Part shown: piece by piece, positions 27,903 through 36,107 of the stretch
Layout of the letters: every line of letters starts with the position of its first letter
Position numbering within the stretch: the stretch's first letter is position 1
Assembly: GCA_040881805.1 (NCBI GenBank)
Contig: JBBECL010000014.1
Location: 2,805-44,445, forward strand
Direction: 5' to 3'
DNA length: 41,641 nucleotides
Source of the DNA: Terrimicrobiaceae bacterium
Lineage (GTDB): Bacteria > Verrucomicrobiota > Verrucomicrobiia > Chthoniobacterales > Terrimicrobiaceae
Position numbers and translations under genes: made by a program
The notes under the pieces: model-generated
The model's input: the letters and a program-made list of their open reading frames with translations, nothing else
What the model was told of the DNA's origin: nothing
Databases searched by the model: none

Positions 27903-28273
27903 GCGAATCCCCAAGGGTGGCGGATCTTTTCGACGAGGCCAGTGGCGACTTGGCCGTGGGAGATTTGGAAGCCGCCGTCGAAAAATACCGTCAGTGCACG
28001 GACCTGGATCCCGACCACTTTGATGCCTGGCATGCCCTCGGCATGGCACTCATGAAAATCGGGCAGCCCGCAGAGGCCATCCAAGCGGGATTACGGTCCG
28101 TGGCCCTCCGCCCGAACGACCAACTCGCCTGGTCAAGCCTCTCCCTGTTTTATGTGCGAAACGGCGACATCAAAAACGCGGAGGCCGCCGGCCTCAAAGC
28201 CAAAGTGATCTCGTGGGGAGGTGATGTGACCAAGATGCAACTGTCCAATCCGCCCCCCCAGTCCCCGACCTGA
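27899..28273 (+). CDS. Small TPR-repeat protein
   Basis: GDLEAAVEKYRQCTDLDPDHFDAWHALGMALMKIGQPAEAIQAGLRSVALRPND. ATGA overlap with the upstream gene. Confidence 0.7.
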   Translation: MSESPRVADLFDEASGDLAVGDLEAAVEKYRQCTDLDPDHFDAWHALGMALMKIGQPAEAIQAGLRSVALRPNDQLAWSSLSLFYVRNGDIKNAEAAGLKAKVISWGGDVTKMQLSNPPPQSPT

Positions 28274-28285
28274 GAAGCCGCTTCC

Positions 28286-29809
28286 ATGAGCAAAATTTTT
28301 TATATCACCACCGCCATTGATTACACGAATGCCCCGCCGCATATCGGTCATGCCTACGAAAAGATTCTGGCTGACGTGATGGCGCGGGACCGCCGCCTTC
28401 GGGGGCAGGAGGTCGTCTTTCTGACCGGTGTGGACCAGCACGGCCAAAAGGTCCAGCAATCCGCTGAGAAGGCCGGGATCAGTGAAAAAGATTTTGCGGA
28501 GGGACTGACAGAAAAATTTTTGGCTCTGTGGGAGCAACTGGGGATTTCTTACGATGTCTGGGCTGCCACGACAGACCTTCGGCACCAGACATGTGTCCGC
28601 GAGATTCTCACCACCTTGCACGCTGAGGGAAAAATCACACGGGCCTCGCATGGCGGACATTACAGCGTCCGGCAGGAACAATTTTTGACGGATAAAGAGC
28701 GCGGACCGGACGGCTCCTTCGGCCCGGAGTGGGGCGAGGTGGTCTATCTGGAGGAGGAAAATTATTATTTCCGGCTCGCGGAACACAAAGACTGGCTCCT
28801 CGACTTTATCAACACCCACCCGGGATTTGTGACTCCGGCCTTCCGCCAGGTCGAACTCCGCAATGCCGTCGAAAAAATTGCCGGGGATCTGTGCATCTCC
28901 CGCCCCAAATCCCGGCTCTCCTGGGGCATCGAACTGCCTTTCGACCCCGAGTTTGTCACCTATGTGTGGTTCGATGCCCTGATCAACTACATCAGCTTTG
29001 CCGGGTATGTCTCCGATCCCGCCCGGTTTGCCTCCCTCTGGCCGGCGGATCTTCATGTGATCGGCAAAGATATTTTGATCCCTGCCCACGGCGTGTATTG
29101 GCCCATCATGCTGCATGCCCTCGGGGTGCCCGATGACAAAATCCCGAAACTCCTCGTCCATGGCTACATCAATCTCGGCGGCGACAAAGTGAGCAAAAGC
29201 CTTGGAAATGTGGTGGATCCGGTCGAGTTGGCAAACCGGTATGGGGCCGGGGCGTTGCGGTATTATCTCATGAGGGAGGCCTCCACGGGTCAGGATATGG
29301 AATTCTCGGAAGAGCGCCTCATCGCACGCTACAATTCCGATCTGGCCAATGGTTTGGGCAATCTCCTCAATCGCACGCTGAATATGGCCACCCGCTATCG
29401 TGGCGGCGTTTTGAAGCGGCCTGCGTCATCTCCCCTCGAAGAGGCGGCCACCCAAGCCGTTCGTCTGCACGCGGAAGCCTTCGACAAATGCGAGACCCAC
29501 ATGGCCCTGGAGGCCGCCTCGGGGTTGGTGGTTCGGTGCAACACCTATGTGGAAGAAACCGCCCCATGGAAACTGGCCAAAGACCCCGACCAAGCGGACC
29601 GCCTCGATGAGGTGCTTTATTCGCTCGCGGAAAGCCTGCGGATTCTTGCGATCCTGCATGCAGCCGTTCTGCCAGAAGCGGCATCCGCGATTTTTGCCCA
29701 GCTCCAGATTTCCCCGGATCTCCAAGACTCCGGGACAGGATGGGGCGGACTTCCGGATGGTCACGTCCTGGGAACTCCCTCGCCGGTCTTTCCCCGCATT
29801 GAGGCATGA
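28286..29809 (+). CDS. metG: Methionine--tRNA ligase
   Basis: HIGH-type motif PPHIGHAYE, KMSKS-type motif KVSKSLGN, WFDALINYIS; short (no C-terminal dimerisation domain) form. Confidence 0.96.
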   Translation: MSKIFYITTAIDYTNAPPHIGHAYEKILADVMARDRRLRGQEVVFLTGVDQHGQKVQQSAEKAGISEKDFAEGLTEKFLALWEQLGISYDVWAATTDLRHQTCVREILTTLHAEGKITRASHGGHYSVRQEQFLTDKERGPDGSFGPEWGEVVYLEEENYYFRLAEHKDWLLDFINTHPGFVTPAFRQVELRNAVEKIAGDLCISRPKSRLSWGIELPFDPEFVTYVWFDALINYISFAGYVSDPARFASLWPADLHVIGKDILIPAHGVYWPIMLHALGVPDDKIPKLLVHGYINLGGDKVSKSLGNVVDPVELANRYGAGALRYYLMREASTGQDMEFSEERLIARYNSDLANGLGNLLNRTLNMATRYRGGVLKRPASSPLEEAATQAVRLHAEAFDKCETHMALEAASGLVVRCNTYVEETAPWKLAKDPDQADRLDEVLYSLAESLRILAILHAAVLPEAASAIFAQLQISPDLQDSGTGWGGLPDGHVLGTPSPVFPRIEA

Positions 29810-30771
29810 CCTCGGGCACCACGCTTCGCCATCGGGTGGAATTTCTGGGATTGCAACTGAGCTGCAAGTTTGTAGCCGGGTTGCCCTTTGGCTTCATTCG
29901 CCCCCTTGCCAACATGGCCGGTGCGATGGGGTGGGCTTTCGACGCACGCGGCAAAAAGGTCGCCCTGGCGAATCTGGAATCAGCTTTTGGAACGTCTCTC
30001 TCCCCGGAACGCCGCATCCAAATTGGTCGCGCCTCCTACCAATCGTTTGCCAGAACCATGCTGGAACTCGCGTGGGCTCCCAACCTGAATCGCGAGGTGA
30101 TTGAAAAATGGGTGGATTTTGAAGGCATCGGCGACAGTCCCTGCAACACCGACCCCTCCCGCCCGGCAATCTATGCAACCATGCATTATTCAAATTTTGA
30201 ATGGGTCGGCCTGGCCGGGGCCTATGGGATTTGCCAAATGCCACTGGTGGCCCAACAATTCAAAAACCCGCTGATTGGACCCATCTTCGACAAACTGCGC
30301 AGCAGCACCGGCCACCCCATCATTCCCCGCGAACGCGCCATGCTCCGAATGCTCAAAAACCTGCGCGATGGCGGAAAATTCGGATTCCTGGCCGACCTCA
30401 GCCTCGATCCCAAACTCGGCAGCACGGTTGTCACCCAATTCGGCGGCCTGCAAACCAGCATCACCCAAATGCACGCCGCCCTGGCCCTCAAAACAGGTGC
30501 GTCAATCGTCCCCCTGGAATGCCGCCCTATCGCCGGGGGACGCTACCGCATCGTCTGGCACCCCGAGATCGCCTTCACAAAAGATACCCCGGTCCAGGAA
30601 ATCACCCAGCGCACATGGGATGTGTTGGAAACGGTCATCCGGAAAAACCCGGAATATTGGCTCTGGCCCTACAAACACTGGCGGTTCAAGCCCTCCCACG
30701 GCGACACCTCCCGCTACCCGTTTTACGCCAATCCCGCCAAACGCTTCGATCAGCTTCTTACCAGTTCTTGA
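29806..30771 (+). CDS. LpxL/HtrB-family lysophospholipid (lipid A late) acyltransferase
   Basis: Family-typical length and layout. HxxxxE acyltransferase motif in ATMHYSNFEW; C-terminal PEYWLWPYKHWR (typical of LpxL-like proteins). ATGA overlap with metG. Confidence 0.75.
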   Translation: MTSGTTLRHRVEFLGLQLSCKFVAGLPFGFIRPLANMAGAMGWAFDARGKKVALANLESAFGTSLSPERRIQIGRASYQSFARTMLELAWAPNLNREVIEKWVDFEGIGDSPCNTDPSRPAIYATMHYSNFEWVGLAGAYGICQMPLVAQQFKNPLIGPIFDKLRSSTGHPIIPRERAMLRMLKNLRDGGKFGFLADLSLDPKLGSTVVTQFGGLQTSITQMHAALALKTGASIVPLECRPIAGGRYRIVWHPEIAFTKDTPVQEITQRTWDVLETVIRKNPEYWLWPYKHWRFKPSHGDTSRYPFYANPAKRFDQLLTSS

Positions 30772-31276
30772 TCCAGGCGTTCGTGTTGGTTGTCCCGACC
30801 CGGGACCACAAATCGAAGAAGTTGGTACCACTGCGGTTCACGTTTCCGGGATACATGTAGCCATATCCCTCTCCGAAGGGATCAAGGACCGCCACGTTGG
30901 TTGCTGTCAGGCTGGCCCCACTGGGTCCCATGCCTTTGGGAAATTCAAAATAGACTTTTCCCGTTGAGGGCATCAAAGCCGCGCGGAGAAAAGCATTGGT
31001 CGTGCCGGGGGTGGCAGTTCCCGTTGCCGAGCCATTGGTCCCTGTCGGGTAATCCCCCATGTCCGCCTTGTAACTCTCCAGCGCTGCGCTTAGTGCCGCA
31101 ATCTCCGCCTCAGCCCGCGAAGTGGCCCCCTTTTTTTGAACATAACCCGCCGTGCTGAGAACCAATCCCGCAAGGATGGCAATAATGGCCATCACGACAA
31201 GCAACTCGATCAAGGTGAAGCCGACACAATGCGGGACTCCTGCCCCTTTGTGGCTCTGAGGGGTTTCTTTCATCAC
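30758..31276 (-). CDS. Type II secretion/type IV pilus-like pseudopilin with prepilin N-terminal methylation motif
   Basis: GFTLIELLVVMAIIAILAGL after a short leader; GspG-like ...AEAEIAALSAALESYKADMGDYP. ATGA overlap with gspF. Confidence 0.85.
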   Translation of the reverse strand: MMKETPQSHKGAGVPHCVGFTLIELLVVMAIIAILAGLVLSTAGYVQKKGATSRAEAEIAALSAALESYKADMGDYPTGTNGSATGTATPGTTNAFLRAALMPSTGKVYFEFPKGMGPSGASLTATNVAVLDPFGEGYGYMYPGNVNRSGTNFFDLWSRVGTTNTNAWIKNW

Positions 31277-32550
31277 TGGTTTTGCATACCGCTGATGATG
31301 CTGATGAGAGGAAGGAAGAGCGCGATGACAATGGTTCCCACCACCACGGCCAGGAACACAATCATAATGGGTTCAAGGAGCGAGGTGAGGCCTGTGACCG
31401 CATTGTCCACCTCGTCATCGTAAACCTCCGCAATTTTGAGAAGCATCTCGGGCAACTGACCGGTCTCCTCGCCGACGTCGATCATGCTGATCACCATCGG
31501 CGGAAAGACGCCGCTCGCTTCGAGGGGCTGGACGATGGATTCCCCCTCCTTGACGCTGTCATGCACCTTCATGATGGCGTCAGCGATCACCGAGTTTCCG
31601 GCCGTTTCGCGGGTGATGTTCAGGGCTTGGAGAATCGGAACACCGGAAGTCACCAATGTTCCCAGAGTCCGGGTGAACCGGGAGATCGAGCTTTTGCGGG
31701 TGAGGTCGCCGAAGAGCGGGGCTTTGAGTTTGATGTTGTCAAGCACGATGGAGCCTTTGGGGGTCTTGCTGAGCATGACATAGGCAATGATTAAAACAAT
31801 GATACCCCCAATGATGAGGAGCACATTGTCCTTCGCAAAATTGCTGGAGCCGATGACAAATTGGGTCAAAGCAGGAAGCGGCTTCCCGCCGAGCATGTCC
31901 GCAAAGATGGCTTCAAATTTCGGAACGATGAACACCAGCAGGAACGCCATGATCGCAATGGCGATCACCAGCACGATGATCGGATAGAACATCGCCGCGA
32001 CAACCTTGTTTTTGATCTTTTGGGCCTTTTCCTGGAATTCCGCAAGTCGCAGGAGAACGAGTTCCAACACACCGCCCAGCTCACCGGCCTTCACCATGTT
32101 CACATAAAGCTTGTTAAAAATTTTCGGGTGACCCGCCAGGCTTTCCGAGAACGTGCCACCACCTTGGACGGCCTCGGCCAGGCTGATTGTCACCTTCCGA
32201 AGCACGGGATCAGGCTCTTGTTTGGAAAGCACCGTGAGACCACGGAGCAAGGGCAGGCCCGCATCGATCAGCGTGGCCAACTGCCGCGTAAAAATCATCA
32301 GCGTCTTGCCCTTGATGGTTTGACGCTCGAGGAACGGCAACGAAAAACCCCCGCCTTTGCTGGCCGTTTTGGCAACCGCCGCTTTTGCGGGCTTGGGCGC
32401 TTTGCCGCCTTTGCCTTCTTCGGAAATGGTTTTTGGAAAATAGCCGGCCTGGCGCAACTGACCAACAGCTTCATTTTGGGAGGCGGCGTCAATGACGCCC
32501 GCAGATTCTTGACCGCGGGCATCGAGGGCAACGTAGGAGTATCTGGGCAT
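31273..32550 (-). CDS. gspF: Type II secretion system F / PilC family platform protein
   Basis: MPRYSYVALDARGQESAGVIDA... N-terminus typical of GspF. Two T2SSF repeats (FTRQLATLIDAGLPLL; FTRTLGTLVTSGVPIL). The longest ORF reaches GTG 32589. Confidence 0.88.
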   Translation of the reverse strand: MPRYSYVALDARGQESAGVIDAASQNEAVGQLRQAGYFPKTISEEGKGGKAPKPAKAAVAKTASKGGGFSLPFLERQTIKGKTLMIFTRQLATLIDAGLPLLRGLTVLSKQEPDPVLRKVTISLAEAVQGGGTFSESLAGHPKIFNKLYVNMVKAGELGGVLELVLLRLAEFQEKAQKIKNKVVAAMFYPIIVLVIAIAIMAFLLVFIVPKFEAIFADMLGGKPLPALTQFVIGSSNFAKDNVLLIIGGIIVLIIAYVMLSKTPKGSIVLDNIKLKAPLFGDLTRKSSISRFTRTLGTLVTSGVPILQALNITRETAGNSVIADAIMKVHDSVKEGESIVQPLEASGVFPPMVISMIDVGEETGQLPEMLLKIAEVYDDEVDNAVTGLTSLLEPIMIVFLAVVVGTIVIALFLPLISIISGMQNQ

Positions 32551-32648
32551 AGGAAGATCTAGGTGGTGAAACAGATTCCAATAAATCACGCTGAAGCGGA
32601 CTGTCGAGAAAAGAATCTGAAATTGCCCCGCTTCGGGTGCGACACTGA

Positions 32649-32688
32649 TTACCGTCTATATGATCCAGGTGGATCATACAGACGGTAA
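32649..32688 (-). repeat. 18-bp inverted repeat / RNA hairpin with 4-nt loop in the methyltransferase-gspF intergenic region
   Basis: TTACCGTCTATATGATCC-AGGT-GGATCATACAGACGGTAA. The single mismatch is A.C on the plus strand but a G.U wobble in the minus-strand (sense) transcript. No U-tract follows on either strand. Confidence 0.85.
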
Positions 32689-32715
32689 CAGCATTTCTGG
32701 AGACCGGGACTGGAT

Positions 32716-33573
32716 TCAGAGCTTTCCGGGCTTGCGCATCAGCCAATAAACCTCTCCGGGCCATGATGGGAAGAGCCCGCCCCACAGGAGGTTTATCCGC
32801 ATCCACGCGGCGGAATTTTCGAGCAGGCTTCCTTTGCTGCGCATCAGAAAGGCCCCTGACACAAACTCTGCTGTCATGCCGCAGCCCGCAGCCATGGCCC
32901 TCACCCGCTCCGGCGAGAAAATGCTGACATGACCCATCGGGGCCGCCGTTTTGCGGACTTGGGCCTGGCGCGGTTTCACAAGAAAATCGGGCAGGACGGG
33001 GAATCCCCCGATGATCGAGCCGCCGGGGCGAATATTGGCTGCGATTCTCACCAACGCCGCCTCGGGTTCGAAGAGGTGTTCAAGAATATGCAGAACGACG
33101 ACCGAGTCAAAATCACGACCCAACGAAAACCCAGGATCTTCGATGTTGGCTTCCACCACATCATCGTAACCCGCTTTTTTTAGCTTCTCCGCCAATACCA
33201 CCGCATCGTAGGCCGTCCAACGCCCAAACGGGGGGGCACCGGGCGAGGACCGATAAAATTGGAGCATCTGACCCGTATGAACCCCCACCTCGGCAATCTC
33301 CAACGGACGCCCGGCTTTCAAAGCTTCCTCCCTCAGCAAATGAAATCCGAACCAGTAACGCAGCAACCGGATCGGATAACGAACCCCCTTGGCCTCGGCC
33401 GGCATACCGAAGCGTTTTGTCCGAACGGTCGGGTTTGTGGCCAAAAATGAAATGTCCCAATCCAGTTGGGGAAAGCGTGTGATTTTCAAGCAGCGCAAAG
33501 TGTGCGTGCTTGAAGCTTCAAGGTCAAGGGCAGGGGCCGGTCTTGCGTCAAGCGCGGGGGTGGGCACCGTCAT
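32716..33573 (-). CDS. Class I SAM-dependent methyltransferase
   Basis: Motif I-like EIAEVGVHTGQM, acidic loop, then FDSVVVLHILEHLFEPEAALVRIAANIRPGGSII (Methyltransf_11/23-like). Confidence 0.72.
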   Translation of the reverse strand: MTVPTPALDARPAPALDLEASSTHTLRCLKITRFPQLDWDISFLATNPTVRTKRFGMPAEAKGVRYPIRLLRYWFGFHLLREEALKAGRPLEIAEVGVHTGQMLQFYRSSPGAPPFGRWTAYDAVVLAEKLKKAGYDDVVEANIEDPGFSLGRDFDSVVVLHILEHLFEPEAALVRIAANIRPGGSIIGGFPVLPDFLVKPRQAQVRKTAAPMGHVSIFSPERVRAMAAGCGMTAEFVSGAFLMRSKGSLLENSAAWMRINLLWGGLFPSWPGEVYWLMRKPGKL

Positions 33574-34396
33574 AGGCCCGCCGAAGCCGCTCGGCCGTCA
33601 CATGCGTGTAGATTTGTGTGGTGGAAAGGCTCACGTGGCCGAGCAGAGACTGCACACTGCGCAGATCGGCCCCGGCATCAAGCATGTGCGTGGCAAAGGA
33701 GTGACGCAATTTGTGGGGGCTGAGGTCGGCGGGGAGACCGGCGGCGGCCAGGTGCCTTTTCATGGCCAGCCACGTGGACCGACCGGACAGTCTCTTCCGT
33801 GACTTGTTGAGAAACAGCGGCCCTGTGTGAACCTTCGCGGCGGCGCGATATTTGGAGATCGCTTCCAGCGCGGGAGCTCCCACGGGGACAATCCGTTCCT
33901 TCGAGCCTTTTCCAAAAACCCGCACGCTTTCGTCGATGGGATCCACGTCTTTGACATCCAACCCGGCCAACTCCGAAAGCCGGATCCCCGTGGAGTAAAA
34001 CAATTCCAGGATGGCGGCATCGCGGAGCAACATCCACGCCGGGGCCTGGGCCGACTTTTCGTGCGACGCGGGGCTGTCCATCAGCTCGTTGATCTGGCCG
34101 GCTGTGAGAAAAACGGGGAGTTGCTTTTCTGGTTTGGGGAGATGGAGCGCCTTGACCACATTGGCCGGGACGTGCTGGCGCTGCACCAGAAAGTCGAACA
34201 GCGTTCGGAAGGCGGCGAAGGTGGTCCGCACCGTCGACCGGCTTCGGCCCTCGCGGGATAACAAAAACAGGAAGTCCCGAAAATCGTCCTCGGTTGCGGT
34301 TCGCCAGGTTTTTTCGGGGCGGAATTTTTGGAATGCCTCAAGGGAACGGCGGTAGGACGTCAGGGTGTGATGCGACACATTCCTCTCCACGTCCAT
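33548..34396 (-). CDS. xerC: Tyrosine site-specific recombinase XerC/XerD family (true start probably upstream, CTG at 34465)
   Basis: Catalytic signature TGIRLSELAGL, HKLRHSFATHML, LGHVSLSTTQIYTHV. The N-terminal core-binding helix appears to begin upstream of the first ATG (see finding). Confidence 0.88.
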   Translation of the reverse strand: MDVERNVSHHTLTSYRRSLEAFQKFRPEKTWRTATEDDFRDFLFLLSREGRSRSTVRTTFAAFRTLFDFLVQRQHVPANVVKALHLPKPEKQLPVFLTAGQINELMDSPASHEKSAQAPAWMLLRDAAILELFYSTGIRLSELAGLDVKDVDPIDESVRVFGKGSKERIVPVGAPALEAISKYRAAAKVHTGPLFLNKSRKRLSGRSTWLAMKRHLAAAGLPADLSPHKLRHSFATHMLDAGADLRSVQSLLGHVSLSTTQIYTHVTAERLRRAYDGAHPRA

Positions 34397-34461
34397 ATGA
34401 CGAAGAAATTCCTCGCCGAGGCGGTCCTTGGGCGGGGCCGGCTTTTTGTGGGAGGACTTTT

Positions 34462-35937
34462 TCAGGTTCCGGAAACCTTGCCCATGGGCTCGCCAAGGGG
34501 GGGCTGGGCGGTGTCATCGACGCCCCCCACCTTGCTTGTGCCCCGCTCGAATCGCAAAAAGGCTTTTCGTGTCTCCAACCCATCCGGGGACGTGGCCACA
34601 ATGGGAATTTCGAATTCTCCGTCGGGGAAGATAAAATGATACCGAAACGAACCATCGGGGGCGAGTTTGATGGGTTTGCCATCGACGGTGACCGAGGCCC
34701 CGGGATCCGTGCCACCATAAAAAATCACCTCGGCATTCACGTGCATGAAAAAATTTCTGGCCGCGCCGAAAGAGGACAGGTTTTCCGATCCGCCGGCCCA
34801 ACTGGACATGGCGGCCTGGGACCAGCTGGAAAACGCGCCGGCATTCCAACTCGACAACGCCGCCGCCGTCCAACTCGACTGCGCGGACTGAAGCCAGCTC
34901 GAAAGATGCTCCACGCCCCAACTCGACGTGGCGGCTCCCGCCCAACTGGACCCGGGTTGACCACTGGAAATCGCCCCACTGCGGCTGGAAAGTGACTCGC
35001 CACCGCTGGAGAGATTTTCGCCGCCCCAGCCGGCCCTGGCGTGGGCAGCCCACGTCACCAACGTGGCCCAACTGGAAAGCGTCGCCACATTCCAACTGGA
35101 AACCGGCCCCCCGCTGGATAGTGCCCCCAGAGCTCCCAGGAAGCTGCTTTCCACCCCTTCCAAACTTCCCCCCAGAGCGAATTGACTGGAACCGCCGCTG
35201 CTCAGTTTTTCCTGCAAAGCCGTCCGAATCCGTTTTTCGACTTCGGCGGAGCTCAAGCTCCCGCTGCCGAGGTCATCAAGAAAGCCTTGTCCCAAGAGCG
35301 CCCGCAAAATGGTGGTGCGATCCTCACCAAGACTTCCTTCGGCAAAGAGTTTCCCCTCCGATTGGAGACGGGCCAGGGCTCCGAGAAGCGCCTCCCCCTC
35401 GAGCACAGCACCCTTGAGATTTCCCATCAGACTCTCAAAGCTGAGATGCAAGGGGATGGTCGCACACTGGAAGGCCTCGGAATCCGACATCCGGTCCACC
35501 GGAGTGCGGGCGGTCTTGGAGCGGGCAATCGATTTCCATTCGCCTCCCCGCAAATACCCGATCTCCACGTAATACGAGGCACCGGCTTGTTTGACAGGGA
35601 TATACCAATTCCGGGTTTCGAAGGGGACTTCGATTTGGGATTCCACTTCCGTGTCGCCGGTGAAGATTCGCAGGTAGGTCGGGCCACCGGGATGCCTGGA
35701 GATGTCAATGTCCCAATACGTGAAAAGCCAACGGGGTTCCTGGGCCACCAGAAAAATGGCGTTGGATCCATAGGAACGGGGCAACTCGCCCGGATGGTCA
35801 ATTTCGCTCCCATGATCTTTGTCGGTGAAATCCATGCCTTCGTCGCCGGGCGATGGCGCGCCGCCAACCAGAGGTTCAGGTTTCACACGAAACCCACTTT
35901 CAGACTTCGATGGTTCGGTTGACTTGGTTGCTTTCAT
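34462..35937 (-). CDS. DUF4912 domain protein with central SSW octad-repeat array and C-terminal beta-rich domain
   Basis: DUF4912-like N-domain AIFLVAQEPRWLFTYWDI...NWYIPV...YYVEIGY. Probable start is ATG 35937 (MKATKSTEP...); the longest ORF reaches 36045. Confidence 0.75.
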   Translation of the reverse strand: MKATKSTEPSKSESGFRVKPEPLVGGAPSPGDEGMDFTDKDHGSEIDHPGELPRSYGSNAIFLVAQEPRWLFTYWDIDISRHPGGPTYLRIFTGDTEVESQIEVPFETRNWYIPVKQAGASYYVEIGYLRGGEWKSIARSKTARTPVDRMSDSEAFQCATIPLHLSFESLMGNLKGAVLEGEALLGALARLQSEGKLFAEGSLGEDRTTILRALLGQGFLDDLGSGSLSSAEVEKRIRTALQEKLSSGGSSQFALGGSLEGVESSFLGALGALSSGGPVSSWNVATLSSWATLVTWAAHARAGWGGENLSSGGESLSSRSGAISSGQPGSSWAGAATSSWGVEHLSSWLQSAQSSWTAAALSSWNAGAFSSWSQAAMSSWAGGSENLSSFGAARNFFMHVNAEVIFYGGTDPGASVTVDGKPIKLAPDGSFRYHFIFPDGEFEIPIVATSPDGLETRKAFLRFERGTSKVGGVDDTAQPPLGEPMGKVSGT

Positions 35938-35951
35938 AAAACAGAACAAAG

Positions 35952-36018
35952 GGCACGCCGCTTGAGTTTGACCGACCAGACGCGCCAAATCCATTCCAAA
36001 CACAGCAAGCGGCGTGCC
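35952..36018. repeat. Perfect 13-bp inverted repeat GGCACGCCGCTTG / CAAGCGGCGTGCC separated by 41 nt
   Basis: Read directly at 35952-35964 and 36006-36018, in the divergent region between the DUF4912 gene and the porin gene. Confidence 0.9.
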
Positions 36019-36107
36019 GCAATAATTTTGGATGGCGGGAATCAATATTTTTTGTCTGCGTTTGCTTGTGCTTGGGAAACGCTTCTGCTTTGGTTTTTTC
36101 CTCCCCT

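Noticed and set aside
27000-29161. Two long minus-strand ORFs (27000-28049, 28133-29161)
   Set aside because: Antisense to the PpiD-like, TPR and metG genes. Arg/Gly/Pro-rich shadow ORFs.
33548-34465. Tyrosine recombinase as the integrase of an integrated mobile element
   Set aside because: The sequence carries classic XerC/XerD motifs. There are no flanking direct repeats, tRNA target, or phage or conjugation genes. The neighbours are ordinary envelope genes, so it is most simply the chromosomal dimer-resolution recombinase.
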